Part shown: positions 1-10,800 of the stretch, piece after piece
How the letters are laid out: every line of letters starts with the position of its first letter
Position numbering within the stretch: position 1 is the first letter of the stretch
Assembly (NCBI GenBank): GCA_963696805.1
Contig: CAVOLF010000005.1
Coordinates: 302,624-366,623 of the forward strand
Direction of reading: 5' to 3'
DNA: 64,000 nucleotides
DNA from: an uncultured Rikenellaceae bacterium
GTDB taxonomy: Bacteria > Bacteroidota > Bacteroidia > Bacteroidales > VadinHA17
Notes under the pieces: generated by a model
What the model saw: the letters and a program-made list of their open reading frames with translations, nothing else
The model's database searches: none
Told to the model about the DNA's origin: nothing
Position numbers and translations under genes: made by a program

Positions 1-466
1 TAAAATCGTGAATGGCTTCTTTTTTGGTATTGAGAAAGTCAGACCACTCTTTAATAACCGTTAACATTGTACCTTCAACAGGGTTGGCAATGGCTTCGTA
101 AATGTAAGGTATTGATTTATTCACACTTTCTGCAAATTCAGGAAGGGTAATAATAGGTTTATTCTGAGTTTCCCTGCTCAAACCGTGCAAAAACTGAGCG
201 AAAATAACGCCCGAATTACCTCGTGCACCAATTAATGCAGCATCTGCAATATTATTTACAGTAGTTTTATACGATTTATGAGGTTTGATATTGTCAATTA
301 CAGAACGAATTGTGGATGCAAGGTTGGTACCGGTGTCTTTATCATTTACCGGGAAAACATTTATTCTGTTTATTTCTGCCTGATTTTGCAGTATTTGATT
401 CCCACCGGCAATAAATGCATAGTAAAGAAATTTTCCGTTTATATGAGGCGTTTCTGTTTTATACAT
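1..466 (-). CDS. DAK2-domain protein (fatty acid kinase FakA-like, often DegV-fused); runs off the window's left edge
   Basis: Manual minus-strand translation from ATG at 466: MYKTETPHINGKFLYYAFIAGG...INRINVFPVNDKDTGTNL...ALIGARGNSGVIFAQFLHGL...NPVEGTMLTVI. These are DAK2/FakA motifs. Not in the ORF track. Confidence 0.88.
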   Translation of the reverse strand, partial: MYKTETPHINGKFLYYAFIAGGNQILQNQAEINRINVFPVNDKDTGTNLASTIRSVIDNIKPHKSYKTTVNNIADAALIGARGNSGVIFAQFLHGLSRETQNKPIITLPEFAESVNKSIPYIYEAIANPVEGTMLTVIKEWSDFLNTKKEAIHDF

Positions 467-872
467 CTCTTATTGAATCAACCATTTTACAATTTTAAAA
501 CCAGAAAAACTGACTGCGGCAGAAAGGACAGATCCCCGTTAAAGATTTAAGGCTTCTTTTGCTCCACTTTTATGCATCTGGAGACATCGCAACCAGTTTT
601 TTGTTCAGAATACCCTTATTTATTGAAACAGCAAAGCGTATATATTTTTAAAGAACGTAATGTAAACAATATTTGGCCATGAAAGTTCTGTATACATAAT
701 TCTGTTCACGCCGGCATTATGATTTTGGCGGACCTGATATCCGATTTGCGGGGCCGGTTCGATGGATGGCTGTGTAGCAGCACAAATGTTCATGAAGGAT
801 TCACCGGATCTCACTCTTTCAACCGGACTTTTGCATGATTGACTGTGCGTGTGAGGGAAGACAATAATTTCA

Positions 873-880
873 TAACTTTG
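873..880 (+). promoter_or_regulatory. Bacteroidota -7 promoter element (TAnnTTTG)
   Basis: TAACTTTG just upstream of the ATG at 889. Confidence 0.55.
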
Positions 881-888
881 AATAAATA

Positions 889-1284
889 ATGAATGTCATG
901 AAAACACTCTTCTCCATAATTTTTCCGGCAGTAATTATAGGGTTTTTCCTTATACAGGTTTCCCCTCCAGGCCAAACCGTGGAACAAAGCGGATCAGTCT
1001 ACCCCGAAAAAGTAAAAAAAGTGATAGATGGCAAATGTTATGGTTGCCACAGCATAAACGGGAAATCGCAGGATGCAAAAGACGCTCTTATGTGGGATAG
1101 CCTGCCTGGTCTTCAAAAAAGCAAAATCATCGCTACTCTTGATGATATTATCAAGGTACTGGAACAAAACAAAATGCCTCCGGAGGGTGCTGTAAAGAAA
1201 TATCCGGAAATGAAGCTGCTGAGCGAGGAGAGTAAGATATTGCAGTCATGGGCCGGGGCATGGGCTGACAGCCTGCTGAAGTAA
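889..1284 (+). CDS. Monoheme c-type cytochrome / heme-binding domain protein
   Basis: N-terminal hydrophobic segment, CYGCH heme motif, downstream KMPP candidate axial Met. Confidence 0.8.
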   Translation: MNVMKTLFSIIFPAVIIGFFLIQVSPPGQTVEQSGSVYPEKVKKVIDGKCYGCHSINGKSQDAKDALMWDSLPGLQKSKIIATLDDIIKVLEQNKMPPEGAVKKYPEMKLLSEESKILQSWAGAWADSLLK

Positions 1285-1313
1285 GATCCCGATTCTTTTT
1301 TTAATACTGTAAT

Positions 1314-1769
1314 ATGAAATCTGCAAAAGTTTTAATCATTGTAGTGGTACTTGGGTTCATCGTCATACAGTTTATTCCCTCCGGAATACCAGGGATCAAA
1401 CCGGAGGATGACAATAACATTGTCAAAAGTGGCCTGTTATCAGATCCCGTAACGGGGCTGCTCAGAAAATCATGTTTTGACTGCCATACAGACCAGACAG
1501 AATTGCCATGGTATTCCAGGCTGGCTCCTGTATCATGGTTGCTTGCCGACCATATAAATGAAGGGAAATCGCACCTGAACTTCTCCGAATGGGGAGGTTA
1601 CAGTAAACGTGAAAAGATAGGGAAGCTTGAAGATATTAAAGATGAAGTAGAGTCCGGCGGCATGCCGCTTAAATCATACCTGCTGATGCATCCTGATGCG
1701 AAAATGAAACCTGAAGAGGTCACTTCACTGTTGAACTGGGCAGAAGAAGCATCATCCAAAATACTTTAA
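1314..1769 (+). CDS. Heme-binding domain (Haem_bd-type) c-type cytochrome
   Basis: IQFIP...SCFDCHT...PWYSRLAPVSWLLADHINEGKSHLNFSEW...MPLKSYLLMHPDA. Confidence 0.88.
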   Translation: MKSAKVLIIVVVLGFIVIQFIPSGIPGIKPEDDNNIVKSGLLSDPVTGLLRKSCFDCHTDQTELPWYSRLAPVSWLLADHINEGKSHLNFSEWGGYSKREKIGKLEDIKDEVESGGMPLKSYLLMHPDAKMKPEEVTSLLNWAEEASSKIL

Positions 1770-1947
1770 TGAATACCCTGCCGGTATATTTTTGACCGGC
1801 AGTAATCTGAAGGGTAAGTCAGTTGATCCGTGTCTGCCAAAGGCAATCAGGAGAAAGGTTACATCGGTATACAGGTATGCAGACGGTGTCAGGTTATCAG
1901 TACATGAAAACATATACTGGCAGAATCAAGAGGACACTATACGCCTG

Positions 1948-3615
1948 TTAACTGGTGATCTGAACCCTTTTCTCTCCGCGGTAGCTTCTGACAGTGCCCT
2001 GCTTTTTAAGGTATCTGATCAATGCTTCGGCGGTTGTGAAAAAGAGAGACTGACCGGGATCACTGTGTTTGTAATTGTAGACCTGGGTCATGTAATTGTT
2101 CATTGCAACTGAATAGGTGCGGGTTAATTCCAGTGGGGTGCCATTTTCGGTCAGAATCTTGATTTCCTCAGGATTACCTTCCGGATTAAGCTTGAATTCC
2201 GTTCTGATTCCGGAAGGGTAGACAGGCGATCTGTCGTCAACCGGCCATGCGGCGCGCATCAGAGAATAAATCTCTTCACCTGTAAGTTTTGTAACCACAA
2301 GCTCATTCCCAAAAGGATCGAGCTGGTAGACATGCTTTATGGTCACGGGTCCCTTTTCAAGGCGATCAATCCTGACCCCGCCCGGATTCATCAAAGCAAT
2401 ATCCGCCCCGGCAGCATCGCGCTGCGCATCGGCCATCAGGTATCCCAGTTCCTCATAAGATGAGAAATCGTCAGCAGCTGTTGCAATCACTTCGTTCAGT
2501 ACAGGGTTGTCATTATATCTGTCAACCATGGCACGGATGGAAGGTTTCTCGTTCTTCGAGTTCCGGATGTCAATCAGCTGCATGGTTCTCTGTATTGTAC
2601 TGTTGCTGCTGACAGTCAGTCTGATCAGAGTTCCGTACTTCAGTTTGTTTTCAGCCTGGGTGATCATGATACCGTTGTGGACCTGTTCCTTTTCCACCCT
2701 CGTGTGGGAGTGTCCGCCAATAATCAGGTCGATGCCCGCCGGTACAGTTTCAGCCAGTTTAACATCTTCTTCAAACCCGATGTGGGTAAGTGCAATGAAG
2801 ATATCACTGCTGTCTTTCAGCCACAGGTATTCAGGTGCAGTCTCAAACGGTGAACGGAAGGAAAATCCCTTTACATTGTCAGGATGGCTGTCCGGGATGC
2901 CGTTCTGGCCAAGTTGCAGCAGCCCGAGAAAAGCAATCCGGAGCCCGTTGGGCAGGGTGATTATTTTGTAAGGGCTCATGTTAACTCCGGGCCAGACACC
3001 TGTTGAAACGTTGGCGCAAATAAAGCTGAAAACGGCCTTGTTTGTCAGGTTGCTTAATCCTTCAGGACCGGTATCGAATTCATGGTTGCCGATTGCGCTT
3101 ATGTTAAAGCCCGTTGCGTTCATCAGGTCAATCATCGGCCACCCCTTTTCCGGGTACTGGTCATTTACCGGGTTTCCTGTCTGGTTATCACCCGCAGCTA
3201 CCAAAAGCATTTCGGGATAGAAAGCTTTCAGACTGTCGACCAACCAGGCAAGCTTTGGGAAGTTATCGATTGCCGCATGCATATCATTCACCGAAAAGAT
3301 AACTGCCTGTCGTTCTGATGGAAGGGTTGTGCCAGAATGCTTCAGGCTGGTACAGGAAGTAAGGAGTCCGATAGCCAGTACTGAAGTAATAATTTTCAAG
3401 GAAGAGGAGCTCTTTTTGTGCCCTGGCACGATGAAAAGGGCGCTCCCTTCCGTAAGCTCGCCATCGTGGGCAACCCGGTTCCCAAAACGATCTTCCACAT
3501 TGGGCAATCTGTTGGGCACTTTTCGACCTGCATGTGTAAAAAAACTCACGATTGCATCTTTAACCCTGGCTCCGATGTGCAGTTCAAGCAGGGTGTTGTT
3601 TACTGTAATTTTCAT
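1948..3615 (-). CDS. Bifunctional metallophosphatase / 5'-nucleotidase lipoprotein with an extra N-terminal ~65-aa domain
   Basis: NDMH, AGDN, GNHEFD, THIG and GGHSH motifs; C-terminal NPGGVR and PFGN; internal lipobox LLTSC. Confidence 0.9.
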   Translation of the reverse strand: MKITVNNTLLELHIGARVKDAIVSFFTHAGRKVPNRLPNVEDRFGNRVAHDGELTEGSALFIVPGHKKSSSSLKIITSVLAIGLLTSCTSLKHSGTTLPSERQAVIFSVNDMHAAIDNFPKLAWLVDSLKAFYPEMLLVAAGDNQTGNPVNDQYPEKGWPMIDLMNATGFNISAIGNHEFDTGPEGLSNLTNKAVFSFICANVSTGVWPGVNMSPYKIITLPNGLRIAFLGLLQLGQNGIPDSHPDNVKGFSFRSPFETAPEYLWLKDSSDIFIALTHIGFEEDVKLAETVPAGIDLIIGGHSHTRVEKEQVHNGIMITQAENKLKYGTLIRLTVSSNSTIQRTMQLIDIRNSKNEKPSIRAMVDRYNDNPVLNEVIATAADDFSSYEELGYLMADAQRDAAGADIALMNPGGVRIDRLEKGPVTIKHVYQLDPFGNELVVTKLTGEEIYSLMRAAWPVDDRSPVYPSGIRTEFKLNPEGNPEEIKILTENGTPLELTRTYSVAMNNYMTQVYNYKHSDPGQSLFFTTAEALIRYLKKQGTVRSYRGEKRVQITS

Positions 3616-3675
3616 TATTCAGCTTTTGAGGACTATCTAACAATTCACGGTAATTTCTTGCCCGGTAACACTAAT

Positions 3676-3683
3676 CAAATTTA
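3676..3683 (-). promoter_or_regulatory. Bacteroidota -7 promoter element
   Basis: TAAATTTG on the minus strand about 60 nt upstream of the nucleotidase start. Confidence 0.45.
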
Positions 3684-3841
3684 ACGTAAAATTGTCTCCC
3701 CGGTATCTGTTTCTCTGAGTTAACTCCGGGAACAGCATTTACAATGAGATGATATTTATTAACTTTAGTCGGCCCGGAGGCAAGGTTCAACAGCCTGAAG
3801 ACTGCGGACTGAGGGCTAAAAACTTACATATAATTAGAGAT

Positions 3842-4147
3842 ATGACACGACACACAGTTGCTTTTAAATTGATGCATCCCAAAAGTTCTCCTGAAGAAAA
3901 ATTGTTCTTGGATGCTATCAGCAAATTGTCAGCTATTCCCGGAGTTGAGAATTTTGAACTTTTAAGGCAAACCAGCAGGAAAAACAATTTTGATTTTGGA
4001 CTCTCAATGGAATTCGCAACGGTAAAGGCATATGAGGATTACAATCAGCATCCTGATCATGTTACGTTTGTCCGGACTATTTGGATACCTGAAGTCATCG
4101 ACTTTCTCGAGATAGATTACGAGCCTCTGGCTGACTCCATCAACTAG
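3842..4147 (+). CDS. Dabb family stress-responsive A/B barrel protein
   Basis: MTRHTVAFKL...IPGV...F...YNQHPDHVTFV...FLEIDY; start placed at ATG 3842. Confidence 0.85.
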   Translation: MTRHTVAFKLMHPKSSPEEKLFLDAISKLSAIPGVENFELLRQTSRKNNFDFGLSMEFATVKAYEDYNQHPDHVTFVRTIWIPEVIDFLEIDYEPLADSIN

Positions 4148-4360
4148 TTAGCTGTAACGGAGGCTGTCATGGAGGTATGAAAGGTGCAATGGTATGAATA
4201 GGTTCCTGCTGCCGTGAATGTATAAAAGAGAGATCGCAAATATCAATAAGGGGGGAACGTTCGTGCTATCTTATGGATGTACTTCTTAACAATTGGGTTC
4301 TGCCAGGAGAGTTAAGGTAGAATCTCTTTCAGGTGCACGCCGGCGGGTTGATGAGCCGGG

Positions 4361-5029
4361 TCAGATGACCTGGTTTATTTTTTTACGGTTGAGAATGCTC
4401 TGAAGGCAACCTGCGAGCTCCTCCGGATCATCTGCGATCTGGTCAGGAGACAGGGAGGCGAGCACATCCTTGTGGTTCAATCCCCATGACACTGCCACAA
4501 CAGGGATACCCGCATTTTTTGAGGCTTCAATATCCCGTGTTTCATCACCAACATAGATGACCTGTTCGGCTGAGAGGTTTTCATGGATAAGAAGCCGCCT
4601 GATGACTTTCTCTTTTCCAAAGAGACTCCTGCCGCTGTATATGAAATCAAAAAGGCCGGATAAATTATTAATAGCTAAAAACTTGCTTACATTACTGACT
4701 GAATTGGAGGTCAGGATTCCCATCCTGTATCCTGAGTTCCGGATTTCCCGGAGGGAGGCTTCCATGCCATCTACCAGTTTTATTTCTGGGATACGGCTGC
4801 TAAATTCTTTTCTTATCCGCAGAAGCAGTGTAAGCAGTTTCAGCCTGGAGACTCCGTATGTTTTAAGAAGTTCCTGGGGTTTTTTTGTGCGGAGCAGTTC
4901 GTGGTCTTCGGGGCCTGCAGGCCTGCAATTGTATTCCGGGGCGATCCTGTTATAGATCTCAAGTGCAAGGTCAAAGGTGTCGGCAACCGTTCCGTCAAAG
5001 TCAAAGATGATGTAATCTGAATGGTTCAT
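4361..5029 (-). CDS. HAD-IA family hydrolase (phosphoglycolate phosphatase-like)
   Basis: IFDFDGTVADT, ILTSN, YVGDETRDIEA and VSWG motifs; start placed at MNHSDY. Confidence 0.88.
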   Translation of the reverse strand: MNHSDYIIFDFDGTVADTFDLALEIYNRIAPEYNCRPAGPEDHELLRTKKPQELLKTYGVSRLKLLTLLLRIRKEFSSRIPEIKLVDGMEASLREIRNSGYRMGILTSNSVSNVSKFLAINNLSGLFDFIYSGRSLFGKEKVIRRLLIHENLSAEQVIYVGDETRDIEASKNAGIPVVAVSWGLNHKDVLASLSPDQIADDPEELAGCLQSILNRKKINQVI

Positions 5030-5091
5030 GTGTCTAGCGGTTCCCCGTGAAGTTGCAAAATAAGTCATTTTTACCTTCTCCGGAGGGGATT

Positions 5092-5124
5092 AAAAAAAGT
5101 ACCCGGCTGTTGACCGGGTACTTT
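5092..5124 (-). terminator. Rho-independent terminator of the SusC/SusD/lipoprotein operon
   Basis: AAAGTACCCGG-ctgttga-CCGGGTACTTT perfect 11-bp stem; the A7 run on + gives a U-tract on the minus transcript; 31 nt after the stop at 5156. Confidence 0.85.
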
Positions 5125-5155
5125 GAGTTTTCTGCTTCTGCAGGATTATCTTAAC

Positions 5156-5977
5156 CTATACGGCAGGCTTAAACACCCACAACCAGCCTGTTGCCCATGC
5201 TGCATCAGGCACAAACAGGGTTAGTTTGTCAGCTGTAAATTCCTTGATTTCGAAAACCCTGTTATTACCGCCTCCGTCCATCGAACCGAGAATGTTTGCA
5301 TTACCCTTGATGGTAAGTTTGGTATAATCAGCATTGAATCCCCATGTGCTTCCGGTCACCGCAGTGGCGGCTGGTGATGCATAATAGGTATAGTTGGCGC
5401 CTCCGTCCAGGTCAAAGACCATCCTGCCCTCAGCATCGGTGGGAGGACAGCAGTCTCCTGCTGCGTTCCACCACAGCTCCTGCCAGTTATACGGGGCAAC
5501 CATGTACCACCATTTCCCGCCATCTGGTGCCGGACCGCCGTCAAACACCCATGTCTTCCCTTCGAGGTTTGCACCCACAAGCTTATAGTAAGCCTCAGGA
5601 AGTTCATGATCAAGCTGGGTTATAGTAACATCAACGCTCTTGGACAGATAACTGACAGCATTTACCGTGTTATTATCCATGTATGGAGTGGTGACATGGA
5701 ACGTAAAAGTACTGGTTCCGGGGATGGGATAAATAACATCTACCCTGTCAGTAAACTTCTTGTCAATCACGTAATCCCAGTATCCGGCAACGCCCGGTGT
5801 CTTCATCCGGATCGACAGTTCATTGCCGCCGGTTGTGGACTGCACCACTTCGAGCTGGATATCATCCGGATCGAAGCTGTTTGTGAGAACATCCCTGTTC
5901 TCAATCGGTTCGCATGCTGCAAAGAAGACCATCAGCGCTCCGAAGATCAGACTTATTGTTTTATTCATTTTCATCAT
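5156..5977 (-). CDS. PUL-associated surface lipoprotein (SusE-positioned, candidate glycan-binding protein)
   Basis: Lipobox FAAC, Trp-rich sequence, immediately downstream of SusD. Confidence 0.75.
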   Translation of the reverse strand: MMKMNKTISLIFGALMVFFAACEPIENRDVLTNSFDPDDIQLEVVQSTTGGNELSIRMKTPGVAGYWDYVIDKKFTDRVDVIYPIPGTSTFTFHVTTPYMDNNTVNAVSYLSKSVDVTITQLDHELPEAYYKLVGANLEGKTWVFDGGPAPDGGKWWYMVAPYNWQELWWNAAGDCCPPTDAEGRMVFDLDGGANYTYYASPAATAVTGSTWGFNADYTKLTIKGNANILGSMDGGGNNRVFEIKEFTADKLTLFVPDAAWATGWLWVFKPAV

Positions 5978-6003
5978 AGTAAATTTTTAATTTTTAAGGT
6001 ATG

Positions 6004-6068
6004 ATGGAACCCACATATTAATGAAAATATAAATATGTGCTTGTATTTGCATAATATGTGGGTTTCAT
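6004..6068. repeat. Long imperfect inverted repeat (stem-loop) between susD and the lipoprotein gene
   Basis: ATGGAACCCACATATT...AATATGTGGGTTTCAT outer arms plus inner ATGAAAATATAA/TTGTATTTGCAT arms. Confidence 0.75.
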
Positions 6069-6101
6069 ATCTGTATGAATTTCATGTTATTACTATCACT
6101 G

Positions 6102-7823
6102 TTACCATCCGGGATTCTGTACATATACTCCGTTGGAGAGGCGAATTTCGGATTCCGGTACCGGGACCAGTCCTTTTATTTCAGGGCGGTAACTGTTGGT
6201 GTACACAGCGGCAACCCCTGAATTCATGACATTGCAGGGAGTTGAGAAGTAGTTCTTGGTTGGGTTTTCGACATCACCCCATCTTACCAGGTCAAACCAT
6301 CTCTGACCCTCGAATGCCAGCTCATATAGTCTCTCCGACTTGAGGTTATCAAGCGACCAGGCCACTGGAAGAAGTCCTACCCTGGCTCTGACGGCATTTA
6401 TCCCATCTGCAGTCTCGGTAAGTTCGGAATGCATTAGCAGTACTTCCGCATACCTGAGGTAGAAGAAATCCTGTGCAGACTCAAGCTGCATCGGATCGCC
6501 GTTGTTCCAGTTGTAGATATAATAGAACATACCCTTCTTCCCATCGGCGCCTTCGTGCTGCAGGTGTGAGTATTTCTTATTGTACAGACCGGTTTCATGA
6601 TCACCCTTGTTTGCCTGGTATCCGCCGGTACCCTGTTCCGCCTTGCCCATTTCAAGGACTGAGGCGAGTTTCCTCGGGTCATCGTTTGGCCATGAATTGA
6701 AGAATACAGAATGGATCGGTCCCCATCCCCAGCCTTCGGCAAAGGGTATCATTGAATTACCCCTTATTCCGAAGAAGAGAGGAATACGGTTATTGAATTT
6801 CTGACCTTCATTCCATCCCCAGTTCCCGAATGCGAACCTCAGGGCAAACATGACCTCTTTGTTCCCGTTGCCTATCGTTGAGTTCGGGCCATCCTGCCCG
6901 GCCCACGCAAGGTCCTCATCATCAGCCCATGGCAGCACAATGCTGCCGGCGCTGGTGTTTGCATAGGAATAGGGCCACAGATTCCTGAAATCGGATACAA
7001 GTTCGTACTTGCTGTTCGTTATCACATCATTGAGTGCGGCAATTGCATCAGCCTTCGTCAGGTTTGCGCCTTCCGGAAGAGCAAGGTCAGTAGTGGCCTG
7101 TTTCTCGATGTTTGTCATATAACCCGTATAGAACAGGTAGGTGCGGGCGATATATGCCTGTGCCACCCAGCGGTTTGCATGACCGTATTCCGACAGCGGA
7201 ACAGCCAGGGGATTGACAGCCGGCATGGTTTCAGAGGCTTTGATGAAGTCGGCAGCAATCTGTCCGAAGGTCTCGGTAAAGGTTGCACGGGGTACATCGC
7301 GCGGTGAATCCGTTCTGGGGATGATAGGCATTCCTCCGAAGAACCTTGCAGCCCTGTACATGAAGAAGCCCCTCATGAAATAGGCTTCGCCCAGAGCGGT
7401 GTTTTTGAACGCAGTGGCTTCCGCCTCAGTGTTGAAGTAGCTTGAGTAATCAGCCTCCGTGACTGCTTCAATAATTGCATTTGTACGGTATACACCGTTG
7501 TAGGTCTGCTTCCAGAGGTCACTGTAGGTATCCTCTGTCGGGTCAAGGAACTTATCGCAATTCTTTGCTGTTATATCATCCGGACCTCCGCCACCAAGCA
7601 TGTAGTCGGCCATAAGGTTTGCAGAAAGGTGCTCCTCGCTGAACACTCCTCCGACATAGAGGGCATTGTAGACGCCACCCATGGCTTCGGTTATATCAGT
7701 CGGTGTTTTGTAGAAGTTCGTCAGATCTTTCTGATACAGATTCCTTGTATCGAGAAAATCTTCACAGCCGCTTACCATAAGGGCCGTTGCAGCAACTATA
7801 ATTAAGATTAACTTTTTCATCAT
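6102..7823 (-). CDS. susD: RagB/SusD family nutrient-uptake outer membrane lipoprotein
   Basis: Lipobox SGC; GEAYFMRGFFM, LRYAEVLLMHSE, ERLYELAFEGQRWFDLVRWG and QNPGW motifs. Confidence 0.95.
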   Translation of the reverse strand: MMKKLILIIVAATALMVSGCEDFLDTRNLYQKDLTNFYKTPTDITEAMGGVYNALYVGGVFSEEHLSANLMADYMLGGGGPDDITAKNCDKFLDPTEDTYSDLWKQTYNGVYRTNAIIEAVTEADYSSYFNTEAEATAFKNTALGEAYFMRGFFMYRAARFFGGMPIIPRTDSPRDVPRATFTETFGQIAADFIKASETMPAVNPLAVPLSEYGHANRWVAQAYIARTYLFYTGYMTNIEKQATTDLALPEGANLTKADAIAALNDVITNSKYELVSDFRNLWPYSYANTSAGSIVLPWADDEDLAWAGQDGPNSTIGNGNKEVMFALRFAFGNWGWNEGQKFNNRIPLFFGIRGNSMIPFAEGWGWGPIHSVFFNSWPNDDPRKLASVLEMGKAEQGTGGYQANKGDHETGLYNKKYSHLQHEGADGKKGMFYYIYNWNNGDPMQLESAQDFFYLRYAEVLLMHSELTETADGINAVRARVGLLPVAWSLDNLKSERLYELAFEGQRWFDLVRWGDVENPTKNYFSTPCNVMNSGVAAVYTNSYRPEIKGLVPVPESEIRLSNGVYVQNPGW

Positions 7824-7833
7824 TTGGCTTTAT

Positions 7834-10800
7834 TTAAAATGTAACACTCGCACCAAACATAACCGTTCTCGGTAAGGGATAGAGACCCAGGTCAACACCT
7901 GAGGCCCAGCTGTCAGGGGCATAACCTACATCAGGATCCATTCCGTCATACTTTGTGAAGGTATAAAGGTTATTGACAGAAGCATAGATTGATGCACCCT
8001 TGAACCAGTTGAGATTTTTGAGCAGATTGCCAAACCTGTAACCCAGTACCACGTTGCTGATTCTGACAAAGTCGGCATCGTGCATATAGATATCTGAGAT
8101 CAGGTTGATGTTGCGGGTAGAGGCGTAGCCCAGTCTCGGGATTCTGTCTGAGGTACCCTCACCGTGCCAGCGGCCGAATATCTGCGTGGTATAGTTCTGG
8201 GTGAAGTTGTCGGCAAAAGACCTGTATGACTGCATCACCTGCATGCCGAATTTACCGACCAGGGTGGCATTGGCATATATGCCTTTGTACTCTGCATTCA
8301 GCTGAACACCCATCTCAAAATCCGGAAGCGGACTTCCCAGCATTACCTTGTCGTCATCATTGATCAATCCGTCAAGGTTCTGGTCAATGAACTTGACATC
8401 ACCCGGGCGCAGATCCTCGAAATAGGGTTTGCCTTCGGGAGTTAAGTAAGCATCAACATCATTCTGGTTCTGCAGCAGACCGTCTGTCTTCAGTCCGTAG
8501 AAGAATCCGATTGGAAATCCCACCTCAACTCTTGACACGGCAGCAGTTCCCTGTGAAAGGACGTGAGATGATCCGTTTATGATACCTTCAGCATTGGCAA
8601 GGCGGGTTACTTCGTTTTTGTTCATGGTTCCGCTGAATGAGGCGCCGTAAATAAAGTCTGAAACCTCGCCTTTCCAGTTGATAGTGAACTCAATACCGGA
8701 GTTTTTGATGTCACCGCCATTGATCCAGGGAGCGCCTGCTCCTGCTGTTCCAAGTATCGGTGCCAGAACGAGCCAGTCTTTGGTCATCTTGTTATACCAG
8801 TCGAATGACAACCCGAGATTTGAATTGAAGAAGCGGGCGTCAATACCTATGTTAAGCTGCTCAGATGTTTCCCATGTCACATCCGGATTAGGGACGTTTG
8901 CAGGTATTGCCGTAGGTGATGTGACAAGCTTATCAGGTCCGAAATAGTATCCCTGGTCGAGGTAAGAGATGTTTGAGCTGTAGATGAAGTTATCGATGCT
9001 CTGGTTACCGTTCTGTCCCCAGCTCGCACGCAGTTTACCGAAGCTTATCAGGGAGTTGCCTTTCAGGAAGTCTTCCTCAGAGAAGATCCATCCGGCCGAA
9101 GCTGAGGGGAAAAAGCCCCAGCGGTTTCCCTTGGAGAAGTTCGATGATCCGTCAGCGCGGAAGGTGGCATCAAATATGTATTTCTCCCTGAAGTTGTATG
9201 ACAGACGTCCGTAGTATGAGAGCAATCCGCCACCCTGGGCAGCCCAGTCAGCACCCCAGGTATTAATATCGCTGATCTGACCAGCAACCACATTGTCGAG
9301 ATATGCATAATCAGGATTACCGAAGATTGAATTTGCCTTCCAGCCGCCTACATTGGCATTCAGAATATTATCGAGGATCTCATTTCCGGCAAGAACGCTG
9401 ATCTTATGCTCTGCTACTGTGAATTCATAGGAGACCGTGTTTGTCAGGGTAATGTTAATTCCCTGGTACATGTCCTGCTGAACAGCATCATTAGCGTTAT
9501 TGTACTGGGTTGCAAGCTTGTAGGTAGGAGACCAGGATCTATTATTACCAAACCATGAGTTTATACCGAATGATGATCTGATCTTCAGATTCTTAATTGG
9601 CTCCAGGTTAATGTATGCATTGCCGGTAACGGTATTTCCTTTACCCCACTGGAAGTTTGAGCGGTTGTAGAACAGCATTGCCAGCGGGTTGTGCTGACCA
9701 AGCGAGATTCCCTCAAGGGTAGGGGTAAAGCCGTATGGGTCCGGAGACTTATCCCAGTATGCGGGAAGGAGAGGGTTGGTCACAAGGGCATTGTGGAGGT
9801 CGTTCCAGTAGATGTTCCCTGTTCCCAGCCATTTGTTGCGGGTGTTTGTAAGGGTAAAGTTCTCGCCGACGGTAAGAATGTCATGGCTGCTCCCTTTAAC
9901 CAGCACCATTTCCGTGTTCAGACGGGCGGTAAATCTCTTGAATCCTGCGTCTATCAGGTCGCCGCCAAGAATTCCGGACTGATCGAAGTAGGAAACCCCG
10001 AGAGCGTAGATAACATCTTTAGATGAACCTGTAATATTGAGTGAATGGTTCTGAACAGGAGCGTTCTTCATCGACATCTCCTCCACCCAGTCGGTGCCTT
10101 CCCATCCGCTCTGCAGATTTGCCCAGATATCTTCACCCAGTTGTGTACCCAGGTTTCCGGGGAAGTTGGAGTTGATATATGAATTGTTTTTCACCATTGT
10201 CTCCCAGTCATTTGGAGCAAGCCCGTCGTTTGCACGGCCTTCGTCCATGATAAACATGTACTCCTGGGCATTGAGTGCAGGCAGCTTCTTGTAGATGTTC
10301 TGCATCCCGTAGTAGAAATCGTAGGTGATTACAGGGGCAGCGCCTTTCACACCCTTTTTGGTTGTAACAAGAATAACCCCGTTTGCAGCTCTTGATCCGT
10401 ATATTGCCGAAGAGGCCGCATCCTTAAGGACATCGATAGATTCGATATCGGATGCGTTGAGGTAGTCTATGTTTCCGACAGATACACCATCGACGATATA
10501 AAGAGGTGCTGAGTTGCCGATTGTGCCAAGGCCCCTTATTGTGGCCTTTGTCCCTGCACCGGGGGCACCGCTGTTCCTGGTGACACTGATACCGGTTGCA
10601 ATACCCTGCAGTGCTTCCATTGCAGTTGAGGTATTAAGCTCCGCTATCTGATCACCTTTCACATTCAGGTTGGCACCGGTCACCAGCGCCTTTTTCTGAA
10701 CGCCATAACCGATAACCACCACCTCATCAAGGTCGGTAGGCGCATCAGCCATTGTTACATTGACAGTTGCGGATGTTACGGTCACCTCCACCGGGGTCAT

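Noticed and set aside
278..814. ORFs 278-550 (+) and 620-814 (-)
   Set aside because: The first is antisense to the DAK2 gene; the second has no recognisable motif.
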